Shown here one piece after another: positions 41,984 through 50,285 of a stretch of DNA of 64,000 nt; position 1 is the first letter of the stretch; every line of letters begins with the position of its first letter. Under the pieces are notes generated by a model. The model was not told the origin of the DNA and searched no databases. It worked only from the letters and a program-made list of their open reading frames with translations. Both the position numbers and the translations under genes were made by a program. Source of the stretch: Nitrospirota bacterium (GTDB lineage: Bacteria; Nitrospirota; Thermodesulfovibrionia; Thermodesulfovibrionales; UBA1546). Where the stretch lies: positions 5,553 through 69,552 of the forward strand of contig JAKALU010000003.1 of assembly GCA_021824065.1 (NCBI GenBank). The letters run 5' to 3'.

Positions 41984-42551
41984 TGGGAGATTAATGGAAT
42001 ATAAACTGCCAGAGGGATTTGATAACAGGGAAGAGGCAATCGAATCAATCATAAAGAAAGAGATTGAGGCAGGCGAGTCTGAACTTGAAATCATCAAAAA
42101 GGGGATTGCGGAATTCCTTCTCAATAATAAAGGATATTCTAAAGAAGAGATTGAGAGAGATGTTGAATTTGATGTTGTTGTGGGGAACGAGAGAGCTAAA
42201 TCAAGGGCTGATTTTATCGTAAGAATCAGCGGTAAAAGGTTAATGATTGTGAAATGCTCTGTTGGCGCTCTTGTTTCAAGGGAAAGGCAGGCAATAGCAT
42301 GCGCGCGTGTAATGGATTCTTATCAGATTCCCTTTGCCATTGTGACAGACGGCAATCACGCAACAGTGCTCAACACGCTTACAGGTGAGGTAATTAGCGA
42401 GGGGCTTGAAAAGATTCCTTCAAAGGATGAGCTTAAGAAGATGATGGAGCAGATTGAATTCAAGGAGCTTCCTTCAAACAGGGCAGAAAAGGAAAAGCGA
42501 ATCCTCCTCGCATTTGATGCGATAAAGTGCTCGATAAATTATGGAGAGTGA
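41976..42551 (+). CDS. Type I restriction enzyme HsdR N-terminal-domain-like (PD-(D/E)xK-type) protein
   Basis: 191 aa. RADFIVRISGKRLMIVKC...PFAIVTDGNHATVLN resembles the HSDR_N_2 family. The likely start is the ATG at 41994. Confidence 0.6.
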   Translation: MILGRLMEYKLPEGFDNREEAIESIIKKEIEAGESELEIIKKGIAEFLLNNKGYSKEEIERDVEFDVVVGNERAKSRADFIVRISGKRLMIVKCSVGALVSRERQAIACARVMDSYQIPFAIVTDGNHATVLNTLTGEVISEGLEKIPSKDELKKMMEQIEFKELPSNRAEKEKRILLAFDAIKCSINYGE

Positions 42552-42558
42552 TTTGTTT

Positions 42559-42580
42559 ATATCCGAACAAGTTCGGATAT
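42559..42580. terminator. Perfect 10-bp inverted repeat ATATCCGAAC-aa-GTTCGGATAT between convergent genes
   Basis: Read directly. There is no clear T-run on either side, so terminator function is uncertain. Confidence 0.35.
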
Positions 42581-42600
42581 GCTCTCGGGATGAGATGTAA

Positions 42601-42966
42601 TCAGTTATGAGAATGTGTTTTGCGCAACTTGTTCCCGCAATTGAAACAGAAGTTCCCTCTTAGCCTGTGGATATTAGAAGTCTTGGGGTCAAAAATCTCT
42701 ATGAATTCTATCAACGATGTAAACTTGCAGCAGCAATCTTTATAATTGATTTGAGACTCGGAATCATGCTCCAGAGGCTTTCCACAATGCATGCAGAAAT
42801 TAACCTTCAGGGGCATCAAACCTGAACCAAATAATTCATACAGTTTGTTTTGTGCTTCTTCTTCGAAAGTTCCTCTTTTTATGACCTTACAACACCATGA
42901 ATCAGCGAACCCTTCAAGGTTTTCTAATTCATACCATAAAGCCCAGCTTTCTTTGTCTAACAACAT
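42601..42966 (-). CDS. Hypothetical protein with two CxxCG zinc-ribbon knuckles
   Basis: 121 aa containing CMHCGKPL and CFNCGNKL. A TTGACA-N17-TAATTA promoter-like sequence lies just upstream. Confidence 0.45.
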   Translation of the reverse strand: MLLDKESWALWYELENLEGFADSWCCKVIKRGTFEEEAQNKLYELFGSGLMPLKVNFCMHCGKPLEHDSESQINYKDCCCKFTSLIEFIEIFDPKTSNIHRLRGNFCFNCGNKLRKTHSHN

Positions 42967-43179
42967 ATGCTTTTTCTTTTATAATTACAGGAAATCATTT
43001 TGCTTGTCAATTATGTAACTATAAATAGCAAATAACCTAATCTTACTTTTATTAAACTTAGATTGACAAAAAGGATAGCTTAAAAGCATACAAGAAGCCT
43101 TTTTTTGCATCTTGACAGTGATTATATGATAATACTTCGTTCTTAGATTAGAAGAAGAGAAATTGATACATTGAAATTT

Positions 43180-44088
43180 TTACGGTGTTTCTGAGGCGAA
43201 AAGCCCTGTGCTCAGGTAGCGTTCTCCCCTGTCAGGTAAAATAACGACAACCTTCTTCCCTCTGCCGAGTTTTTTAGCGACTCTTAATGCTGCCCACATT
43301 GCTGCACCTGAGGATATGCCGCACAGAAGCCCTTCTTTCAAGGACAATTGTCTTGCTGTCTCTCCCGCATCAGAATCAGTAACCTGAGTTACTTCGTTGT
43401 AGATTTTTGTGTTCAAAACACCTGGATAAAAACCTGCTCCAATTCCTGCAATCTTATGAGGTCCTGGATTCCCGCCTGAAAGCACCGGGGATGCTGCCGG
43501 CTCTACTGCAACTATCCATACACCAGGGTTTTTACTCTTTAAAACCTCGCCAACGCCTGTTATTGTCCCTCCTGTCCCGACACCTGCTACAAAACCATCA
43601 GGAACAGAGCCGAGGTCTTCTATAACTTCTACTGCTGTTGTCTTTCTGTGTACCTCAGGGTTTGCTGGGTTTTCAAACTGTTGAGGCATGAAGTAATCAG
43701 GGTTCATCTTATATATCTCTTCTGCCTTTTCAACAGCTCCCATCATGCCTTTTTTGCCTTCTGTCAAAACAAGTTCCGCTCCATAGGCCTGAAGGAGTTG
43801 TCTCCTTTCCATTGACATGGTCTCTGACATGGTAAGAATCAATCTATACCCTTTTACCGCTGCGACCAGTGCAAGCCCTATCCCGGTATTCCCGCTTGTG
43901 GGCTCTATTATTATTCCGCCAGGCTTCAGCCTCCCGTCTTTCTCTGCTGTCTCTATCATCGAAAGGGCAATCCTGTCTTTTACAGAGCCTCCTATGTTAT
44001 AGCCCTCGAGTTTTGCCCAGACCTCTGCATCATTTATTGAGCAGAGACGATTGATCTTTACTAAAGGTGTGTTGCCAATCAGTGTCAA
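43180..44088 (-). CDS. cysK: Cysteine synthase A (O-acetylserine sulfhydrylase)
   Basis: 302 aa. Contains IGNTPLV, the PLP lysine region GGSVKDR, and [10 protein letters not shown]. Confidence 0.9.
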   Translation of the reverse strand: MTLIGNTPLVKINRLCSINDAEVWAKLEGYNIGGSVKDRIALSMIETAEKDGRLKPGGIIIEPTSGNTGIGLALVAAVKGYRLILTMSETMSMERRQLLQAYGAELVLTEGKKGMMGAVEKAEEIYKMNPDYFMPQQFENPANPEVHRKTTAVEVIEDLGSVPDGFVAGVGTGGTITGVGEVLKSKNPGVWIVAVEPAASPVLSGGNPGPHKIAGIGAGFYPGVLNTKIYNEVTQVTDSDAGETARQLSLKEGLLCGISSGAAMWAALRVAKKLGRGKKVVVILPDRGERYLSTGLFASETP

Positions 44089-44095
44089 TATGTTT

Positions 44096-44995
44096 TTATT
44101 CAGTTTCAGGTTTGCCTCCCTTTATTATCAAATCAAAAAGGGTGTCTGCCATTTTAGTATTCATATCTTTTAATATCATGTATTCTTTTGTTGCAAGCTT
44201 TATTTCTCCAATATTTACATATGACGTCCCAATGCCGTAATGGGCATCTGCATGTTTAGGGTTTATTCGAATAGCCTCCTTAAATGAAATGATTGCTTCA
44301 TCAAAGCTGCCTGTTGCAAGCATAGCATATCCGAGACCATTATGGAAATCTGCACTGTCAGGCTCTATAGCTATTGCCTTCTTGAATTCTATAGCAGCCT
44401 CACGGGCATTGCCCATCTCCATCATTGCAATCCCCATCCACCCATGAAGTTCGGCATTGCCCATATCTTTTTTAAGGGCATCCCGGAGGATTTCTACAGC
44501 CTTATCATAATCGTGAGCCTTAATATACCCTCTCACCGTAGAAATTTTATCTTCAAAAAATTTTACCTGACTATCACCTTTTGGTGACTTTACATCAAGG
44601 GCAGGCAGATTAAGATTCTTCATAAAATCGAGTATCACCTTAACAGGCATTGCCTCAAACAAATCTCCTGCTGTTGATTGCCTGTAAACCATTCCAACAA
44701 CTTTGTTGTCAAAAAATACCGGGGTGCCTGGTAGGGGTTTCTCTTCAAACTCGACAAGCATATATACCGTATTATCACGGTTTTTTTTAATGCCGCTGAC
44801 TACACCCTGTATCTTTTTGATCGTCGTGCCTTCTGTTTTGAGTGTATAGATCTTATCGGCGATTGATGCTACATAGTCAGTGTTAAATTCAGGCGATTTT
44901 GTGTTTATGACATCCTGCGGGTAAGAATCCTTAAACCATGCCACCTGGGACAGAAAGAACATAAAGCAGATAATCGCAAACTTTCCGGTCTTCAT
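44096..44995 (-). CDS. Secreted TPR-repeat protein
   Basis: 299 aa with a signal peptide. The C-terminal half carries about four TPR units ([20 protein letters not shown]...). Confidence 0.65.
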   Translation of the reverse strand: MKTGKFAIICFMFFLSQVAWFKDSYPQDVINTKSPEFNTDYVASIADKIYTLKTEGTTIKKIQGVVSGIKKNRDNTVYMLVEFEEKPLPGTPVFFDNKVVGMVYRQSTAGDLFEAMPVKVILDFMKNLNLPALDVKSPKGDSQVKFFEDKISTVRGYIKAHDYDKAVEILRDALKKDMGNAELHGWMGIAMMEMGNAREAAIEFKKAIAIEPDSADFHNGLGYAMLATGSFDEAIISFKEAIRINPKHADAHYGIGTSYVNIGEIKLATKEYMILKDMNTKMADTLFDLIIKGGKPETE

Positions 44996-45011
44996 AGCCG
45001 TCCTGCCGACT

Positions 45012-46868
45012 TCAGTCCGTAACCTCTAAAAGCTCTCTGCCTTCCCTTATCTGTTCGAAGGTAGTAATATCAATGCCTTTATCTTCGAAATATTCTTTTT
45101 CTACGATCTCGATGTAAAACCTATCAAGTCCGCTATTCTTAAGAAAGTCCTCTCTTAAATTTATATCTTTTTTCTCTACGATTATCGGCAGAAGATGATT
45201 GAGATAGAACGATTCTTTCCTGAGGTCTAAGAGCGCCTTCTCAAATAGCTTTTGAGGCACTTTCCTCGCAAAGCCCTCTTCAGCAAGTTCTCTCCCTATG
45301 TCCTCTCTTATCTCATCCCTCCCCTCTTTAGTATTAAGCCGGGGATAGAAACTGCGCATCCTTTCCTTGAGCGCACCATGCACATGATGATAGAGCCTTT
45401 CTTCATCTCTGATCATTTTCAGTTCAGCAACCACATCCCTCAGGGATGCATCTCCTGCAGAGACTTTTGTAATCCCTTTTGATATAGTATTAATCTTTTT
45501 CCTGCCATAGGCTGTTATATATTTGTTGCGAAGGAGCTCTTTTACAGCTATCTCATCAAAAAGTCCTCTGTCGAGTTTATCAAACTCCTTTTTATTGCCT
45601 ATAAGGCTCCTGAGAGAATCCTCTGTGAAATCCACATTCTCCATAAAAGCTATCTGACTCAGTAATGCCTGGACGTTATCGTACCTGTCAAAGTATGTGA
45701 CTATAGAGCTGAACTCTTCAAAGATACTGAAATCATTTGTTTCACGTGCAATCTCATCACATGCCTTGCCTGTATCGAGGAGTACCTGTTCAAAGCCCAT
45801 ATCACTATGAGAATGTGCCCTGTGTTTTGCCTTTACCAGCCTCACTATATCTTCATTTATTATGTGTTTCTTCAGAGACGGGTCTTTAAAAAAGAGGTTT
45901 TCGAGTATTGATCTGGCCTCCTTGAGATATTCAGGCTCTTTTATCTCCTGTAACTTTTTGCCTCTGAGCAGAAGTTCATCAAGCGTATCGAAAAGGACAA
46001 TCGGGATATTGTTCCTGATGCTCAGGGTTCTCAATCTCCTCAATCTCGCAACCTCTGAAAGTTCGAGGCTGTCTTTAGAGATACTGTTGAGAAGGATATC
46101 CCTGTATTCATCAACCACACGCCTGTTCTCAGGGTGTTTGTACATTATGTCAATCTTCATCCTCTCCTGCTGATAGTTGTCTATTTTATATCTTGCCACT
46201 ATGTCTTCAAGATAAAGTTCTTCCTGCGGTGTCAGCGCCCTTTCATTAGAATAAAATTTTTCAAATGCTCTGTAGAATTCTCCATTTTCCTTGTGGATTA
46301 TCTCAAATATGAATACCGTTGATTTTTGCTCATTCAATTCGCTTATAAAATCGTTCATCAGTTCTGTATCTTTACCTTCCCCAATAAATTCTGTCCTTTT
46401 CAGAAACTTCCCAACAGACCTTAATATCTGTTTCTGCCGTTTTTTGTATTCGCCCCTGAAATCTGAGGACACAAAGAAATAATAGTTCTTTACTGCATTG
46501 CCCTGGAGGAAAAGCCTGTAGAATAATTCGCTGCCTTCGGTATCGTTTGTAAATACAATACTCTCCTCCTCGTCGAGAAACGCACCAAACATGATCAGCC
46601 TGTTGGAAACCTCTCCTTTTATCATGTCCTTCAGCGGTTTTTCTACACCAAACATATATTCGCAGAAACTTCCGCCTGTGCCTTTATAATGGATGCCCTC
46701 TTTAGAGATGGTGAATTCATTCCCCTTTGAGAAAAATCTTATATGGAAAGCTGTTTCTTCATAGAAATATGTACTCTCAACACTGGCTCCACCTACAAGT
46801 GCAAAGAACTCAACTGGTCCGAGATTCCCATGAAGCCTGAGGTCCTTAATCATATAAAAATATAACAC
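45012..46868 (-). CDS. Large conserved hypothetical cytoplasmic protein
   Basis: 618-aa uninterrupted ORF with no motif I can name. The likely start is MIKDLRL at 46853. Confidence 0.55.
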   Translation of the reverse strand: MLYFYMIKDLRLHGNLGPVEFFALVGGASVESTYFYEETAFHIRFFSKGNEFTISKEGIHYKGTGGSFCEYMFGVEKPLKDMIKGEVSNRLIMFGAFLDEEESIVFTNDTEGSELFYRLFLQGNAVKNYYFFVSSDFRGEYKKRQKQILRSVGKFLKRTEFIGEGKDTELMNDFISELNEQKSTVFIFEIIHKENGEFYRAFEKFYSNERALTPQEELYLEDIVARYKIDNYQQERMKIDIMYKHPENRRVVDEYRDILLNSISKDSLELSEVARLRRLRTLSIRNNIPIVLFDTLDELLLRGKKLQEIKEPEYLKEARSILENLFFKDPSLKKHIINEDIVRLVKAKHRAHSHSDMGFEQVLLDTGKACDEIARETNDFSIFEEFSSIVTYFDRYDNVQALLSQIAFMENVDFTEDSLRSLIGNKKEFDKLDRGLFDEIAVKELLRNKYITAYGRKKINTISKGITKVSAGDASLRDVVAELKMIRDEERLYHHVHGALKERMRSFYPRLNTKEGRDEIREDIGRELAEEGFARKVPQKLFEKALLDLRKESFYLNHLLPIIVEKKDINLREDFLKNSGLDRFYIEIVEKEYFEDKGIDITTFEQIREGRELLEVTD

Positions 46869-46933
46869 ATGCCCGTTAAAATATTCTATTGCCCTTTATT
46901 GCCGAAAAGGGCCGTATTTGGTTATCATATCTT

Positions 46934-48901
46934 ATGAAGAAGAAATTTTTGCCCTCTCCCCTCGAAGGGGAGGGATGGGTGGGAGGGGCTATTTCCTGTG
47001 TTCTGCTTATAGCAGTGTCTTTTACCTTTTTAAGCATTGCAGCAGCACAGGGGACAGATGGGAAAGCCCTTCTTATTAAGGGTAAAAATGAGATGGATGA
47101 CGGCAGATATGCCGAGGCAATTGAGAGCCTCTCTGCAGCGTATGAGAAACTGCCGGTTATCAGAGATTATATACTTTTCTGGCTATCAAAGGCCTATCAA
47201 GAGTCGGGCAATATCACTGAATCAAATTCCAAGATAAAAGAACTGCTCAAAGGCTATCCTGACTCGCCCTTAAGGAAAAAGGCACGGGCAATGGAGATTA
47301 AAAACATTGTTGCCTCAAAGGACATGCCGCATGATTTAAAGACCTTTGAATCTTATATCAAAGACTATCCGGAAGACTACGAAATAAAGTTTTTATTTGC
47401 ACAGCTCCTCAAAAAGAAAGGAGAGGCAGAAAAGGCAAAAACAATATTTAAGGACATATACGTCAACAGCGCAGGGACACTTTCAAAAATAGCATATAAT
47501 GAATTGACACCCTCTGATATCGCCCTGCACGACCTTATTGAAAAGGCATCAAATCTCATAAATGTTATGGAATTTACAATGTCTGAATCTATACTCAGAG
47601 AGGCCCTGCTGAGAGATGACGGACAGCGCAAACTTGAGATTCTTAAGAAATTAGGGCATTCAATCTTCAAACAAAAAAGATATAAGGAATCAGCAGAGAC
47701 ATATGAAAAGGCGGGTGATTATTATTCGAGGGCAAAGGCACTTTATATGGCAGGAGAAAAGACTGCGTTTGGCACCGCCTTAAAAAAACTGGCTTTGATG
47801 GGAGACAGGAGGACAGGCTCGCTTTTGATTCTGGCTGCATCTGCCAAGCGGAGGAATGGCGAGATTGATGAGGCACTGAGTATTTATAGAAATATAAAGG
47901 CAAATTATCCCGCAGAGGCGGAGAATTCTTTATGGGGCATTGGCTGGACTTATTATCGCAGCGGTGACTATCAGAAAGCCCTTGACGTCTTTACAGACCT
48001 TTGCAGTGTTTACAACAGCTCAAAATATCTCTACTGGAAGGCGCAGTCATTGGAAGCGTTGGGCAAAGACTCAGACCATATTTACAGACAGCTTGCAGAG
48101 AGAGAGCAGGATTTTTACAGTGTACTTGCACAGATAAGAAAGGGGTCAAGGGGTCAAGGGGTCAAGAGTTCGGGGGTTGGGTTCTCAATTAATTCAGACT
48201 CAAAACTCAAGCCCTTTCAGTCCGAGAGAATTGACATCCTGATGGAACTCGGCATGAAAAAAGAGGCAGTTACAGAACTATCTGCCGTGGCCAGAAAGGC
48301 AACCAGCCCTGATGAGCTTGCTTCTGTTTCTCTGAAACTGCAGGAGGCCGGGGGATATACATTGGCAATAGCCCTATCATCAAAGCTGCCTTATAGAGAT
48401 GTGACGCACAGCATTTTATATCCGCTTGCCCATTGGCCCGTTGTCAAGGAAGTATCTGCCAGATATGAAGTTGACCCTTTTGTTGTTCTTTCTGTCATGA
48501 GAGAGGAAAGCCGCTTCGATCCCGGGGCTCGCTCCCATGCAGGGGCACTTGGGCTTATGCAGCTAATGCCACAGACAGCCTATTTAATAAACAGAAAGAT
48601 TAATCTGAATATAACTTCTCGGGAACAGATTCATGATATAAAGATAAATATAACCCTCGGCTCATATTACATAAACTCGCTGATAAAAGAGTTCGGCTCA
48701 TTACCAGCAGCAGTAGCAGCTTATAATGCAGGAGAAGACATTGTAAGGAAATGGCAGAAGGCAGGTAATTATAAGTCATTGGATGAATTCGTTGAGGATA
48801 TCCCTTATGACGAAACAAGAAATTTTGCCAAGCGTGTTATCACTACTTACTTTGAGTATCTCAAGTCTGCGGGTGGAAAAGAGATACCGCAAATCTTATA
48901 A
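46934..48901 (+). CDS. slt: Soluble lytic murein transglycosylase (Slt70-like)
   Basis: Start moved to the ATG at 46934 (MKKKF...). Superhelical TPR-like N-domain. C-terminal SLT catalytic motif ESRFDP...GLMQLMP...AYNAG. Confidence 0.85.
   Translation: MKKKFLPSPLEGEGWVGGAISCVLLIAVSFTFLSIAAAQGTDGKALLIKGKNEMDDGRYAEAIESLSAAYEKLPVIRDYILFWLSKAYQESGNITESNSKIKELLKGYPDSPLRKKARAMEIKNIVASKDMPHDLKTFESYIKDYPEDYEIKFLFAQLLKKKGEAEKAKTIFKDIYVNSAGTLSKIAYNELTPSDIALHDLIEKASNLINVMEFTMSESILREALLRDDGQRKLEILKKLGHSIFKQKRYKESAETYEKAGDYYSRAKALYMAGEKTAFGTALKKLALMGDRRTGSLLILAASAKRRNGEIDEALSIYRNIKANYPAEAENSLWGIGWTYYRSGDYQKALDVFTDLCSVYNSSKYLYWKAQSLEALGKDSDHIYRQLAEREQDFYSVLAQIRKGSRGQGVKSSGVGFSINSDSKLKPFQSERIDILMELGMKKEAVTELSAVARKATSPDELASVSLKLQEAGGYTLAIALSSKLPYRDVTHSILYPLAHWPVVKEVSARYEVDPFVVLSVMREESRFDPGARSHAGALGLMQLMPQTAYLINRKINLNITSREQIHDIKINITLGSYYINSLIKEFGSLPAAVAAYNAGEDIVRKWQKAGNYKSLDEFVEDIPYDETRNFAKRVITTYFEYLKSAGGKEIPQIL
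46952..46988. repeat. Nested C-run/G-run element in the slt 5' end, translated as PSPLEGEGWVGG
   Basis: The sequence is CCCTCTCCCCTCGAAGGGGAGGGATGGGTGGGAGGGG, with inner stem CTCCCCT-cga-AGGGGAG. Confidence 0.7.
48142..48181. repeat. 8-nt word array GGGGTCAA x3, then GAGTTCGG GGGTTGGG, inside slt
   Basis: Read directly. Translated as GSRGQGVKSSGVG. Confidence 0.85.
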
Positions 48902-48978
48902 TAGCAAAGACTTAAGAAATAGATATTGCGCTTTAAGGTTATAGAATTGGCAAGGCACTACATGTCATTAACATCCCC

Positions 48979-49007
48979 TTGCAATACACCACTACATCTG
49001 GTATCTT
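48979..49007 (+). promoter_or_regulatory. Promoter TTGCAA-N17-TATCTT placed 7 nt before the ATG at 49015, implying a leaderless mRNA
   Basis: TTGCAA at 48979-48984 and TATCTT at 49002-49007. Confidence 0.4.
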
Positions 49008-49014
49008 AAAAATC

Positions 49015-49332
49015 ATGAAAAAAAACAGAACACTTTTTGATGACAATCCTCCCGCACCAGCCTTTGACAAGAAAGCGGAGAAGGGGATTGATAAAAAGGA
49101 GGTCACGCCATTGGAGAGACTAAAAAATCTCGAGGATAAGATAGCAACCGCAATAGAGAAAGTAAAAACATTAAAAGAGGAAAAGACAGTCCTTGAACGT
49201 AGAATTAAGGAACTCGAGGCAACGCTTGATGCTAAAGACCATGAGATAGAGAGGCTGCAAACAGAAAAAACAGCGATAAAAAGTCAGGTTGAAGGCCTGC
49301 TTAATGAACTCGACACCTTAGAGGTTGTATAG
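49015..49332 (+). CDS. Coiled-coil protein, ZapB-like
   Basis: The internal ATG is preferred over the TTG at 48979, which coincides with the -35 box. Continuous heptad coiled coil. Immediately upstream of zapA, with its stop abutting the zapA start. Confidence 0.55.
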   Translation: MKKNRTLFDDNPPAPAFDKKAEKGIDKKEVTPLERLKNLEDKIATAIEKVKTLKEEKTVLERRIKELEATLDAKDHEIERLQTEKTAIKSQVEGLLNELDTLEVV

Positions 49333-49620
49333 ATGGGGAGTGTGGACGTCTATATCCTCGGACAGAAATATACTGTAAAGGGTGATGCGCCTGAGGAATA
49401 CATACAAAAAGTTGCTGCTTTTGTTGATACAAAGATAAAAGAGGTTCACAGTAATGCCCCTAACATCACTCCTTTGAAGGCATCTATCCTCGCAGCCCTG
49501 AACATCGCAGACGAACTTCATAAACTAAAAGCAGCCCAGCAGAGCCAGGAGGACATTGCAAAACATATCAGGCATATCGAAGAAAGGGCAAATGCCCTGA
49601 GCGGGTTGTTTGAGAAGTAG
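49333..49620 (+). CDS. zapA: Cell division protein ZapA
   Basis: 95 aa. VDVYILGQKYTVKGDAPEEYIQKVAAFVD...ILAALNIADEL matches the ZapA pattern. Confidence 0.8.
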   Translation: MGSVDVYILGQKYTVKGDAPEEYIQKVAAFVDTKIKEVHSNAPNITPLKASILAALNIADELHKLKAAQQSQEDIAKHIRHIEERANALSGLFEK

Positions 49621-49631
49621 AGGTTAAAACC

Positions 49632-50285
49632 TTACAGCTTAATCAAACCCTTTGCAATTGCAAATTTTATAAGCCCTGCGCGGCTGTGTATGTCAAGCTT
49701 CTCGGAAAGATTTGTCTGATGAGCGATAGCTGTTTTTGCGCTTATTCCGAGGATGTCTGCTATCTCCTTGTGTGTATGCCCTTCTGCTATCAGTTTTAAA
49801 ACCTGCTTCTCCCTATCTGTTAGAATCTCATAAGGGTCTTCCGTTGTTTTGCCCCTCTGGATGCCACGATATTCATCAATAACACTCGCTGCAATGGATG
49901 GATGTAAATATGCCTCTCCACCGGCAATGGCTTTAATTGCGGTTATGAGGTCTATTCCAACGGCCCTTTTAAGCATGTATCCGGACGCCCCTGCCTTGAG
50001 AAAGCGCTTTACGTACTCTTTGTCTTCGTATTGTGTTAGAACAAGCACCTTTGTATTAGGGTCGATTTTTTTAATCTCTACAAGTGCCTCCAAACCTCCG
50101 AGTTTTGGCATTGCTATATCCATAAGTACAACGTCGGGCTTGAATTTCTTGACCCCTTCTATGGCCTCTATCCCATCAGCAGCTTCTCCGACCACCTCTA
50201 TATCGGATGACATTTTAAGAAATGCTGCAATACCTTCTCTCACCAGCGCATGGTCGTCTGCGATCATCACTCTTATCTTAGACAT
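49632..50285 (-). CDS. NarL/LuxR-family response regulator
   Basis: Start set to MSKIRVMIADDH at 50285, 2 nt after the kinase stop. REC domain (DVVLMDIAMP) followed by a LuxR HTH (LTDREKQVLKLIAEGHTHKEIADILGIS). Confidence 0.9.
   Translation of the reverse strand: MSKIRVMIADDHALVREGIAAFLKMSSDIEVVGEAADGIEAIEGVKKFKPDVVLMDIAMPKLGGLEALVEIKKIDPNTKVLVLTQYEDKEYVKRFLKAGASGYMLKRAVGIDLITAIKAIAGGEAYLHPSIAASVIDEYRGIQRGKTTEDPYEILTDREKQVLKLIAEGHTHKEIADILGISAKTAIAHQTNLSEKLDIHSRAGLIKFAIAKGLIKL

Noticed and set aside
16497-48181. The periodic short repeats as CRISPR arrays
   Set aside because: The units are 7-8 nt with no unique spacers. Each array is shorter than 70 nt, and no cas genes are present. The architecture is incompatible with CRISPR.
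49621-49631. 6S RNA (ssrS) downstream of zapA, as in enterobacterial synteny
   Set aside because: Only 11 nt separate the zapA stop from the convergent response-regulator gene, which leaves no room for an RNA gene.
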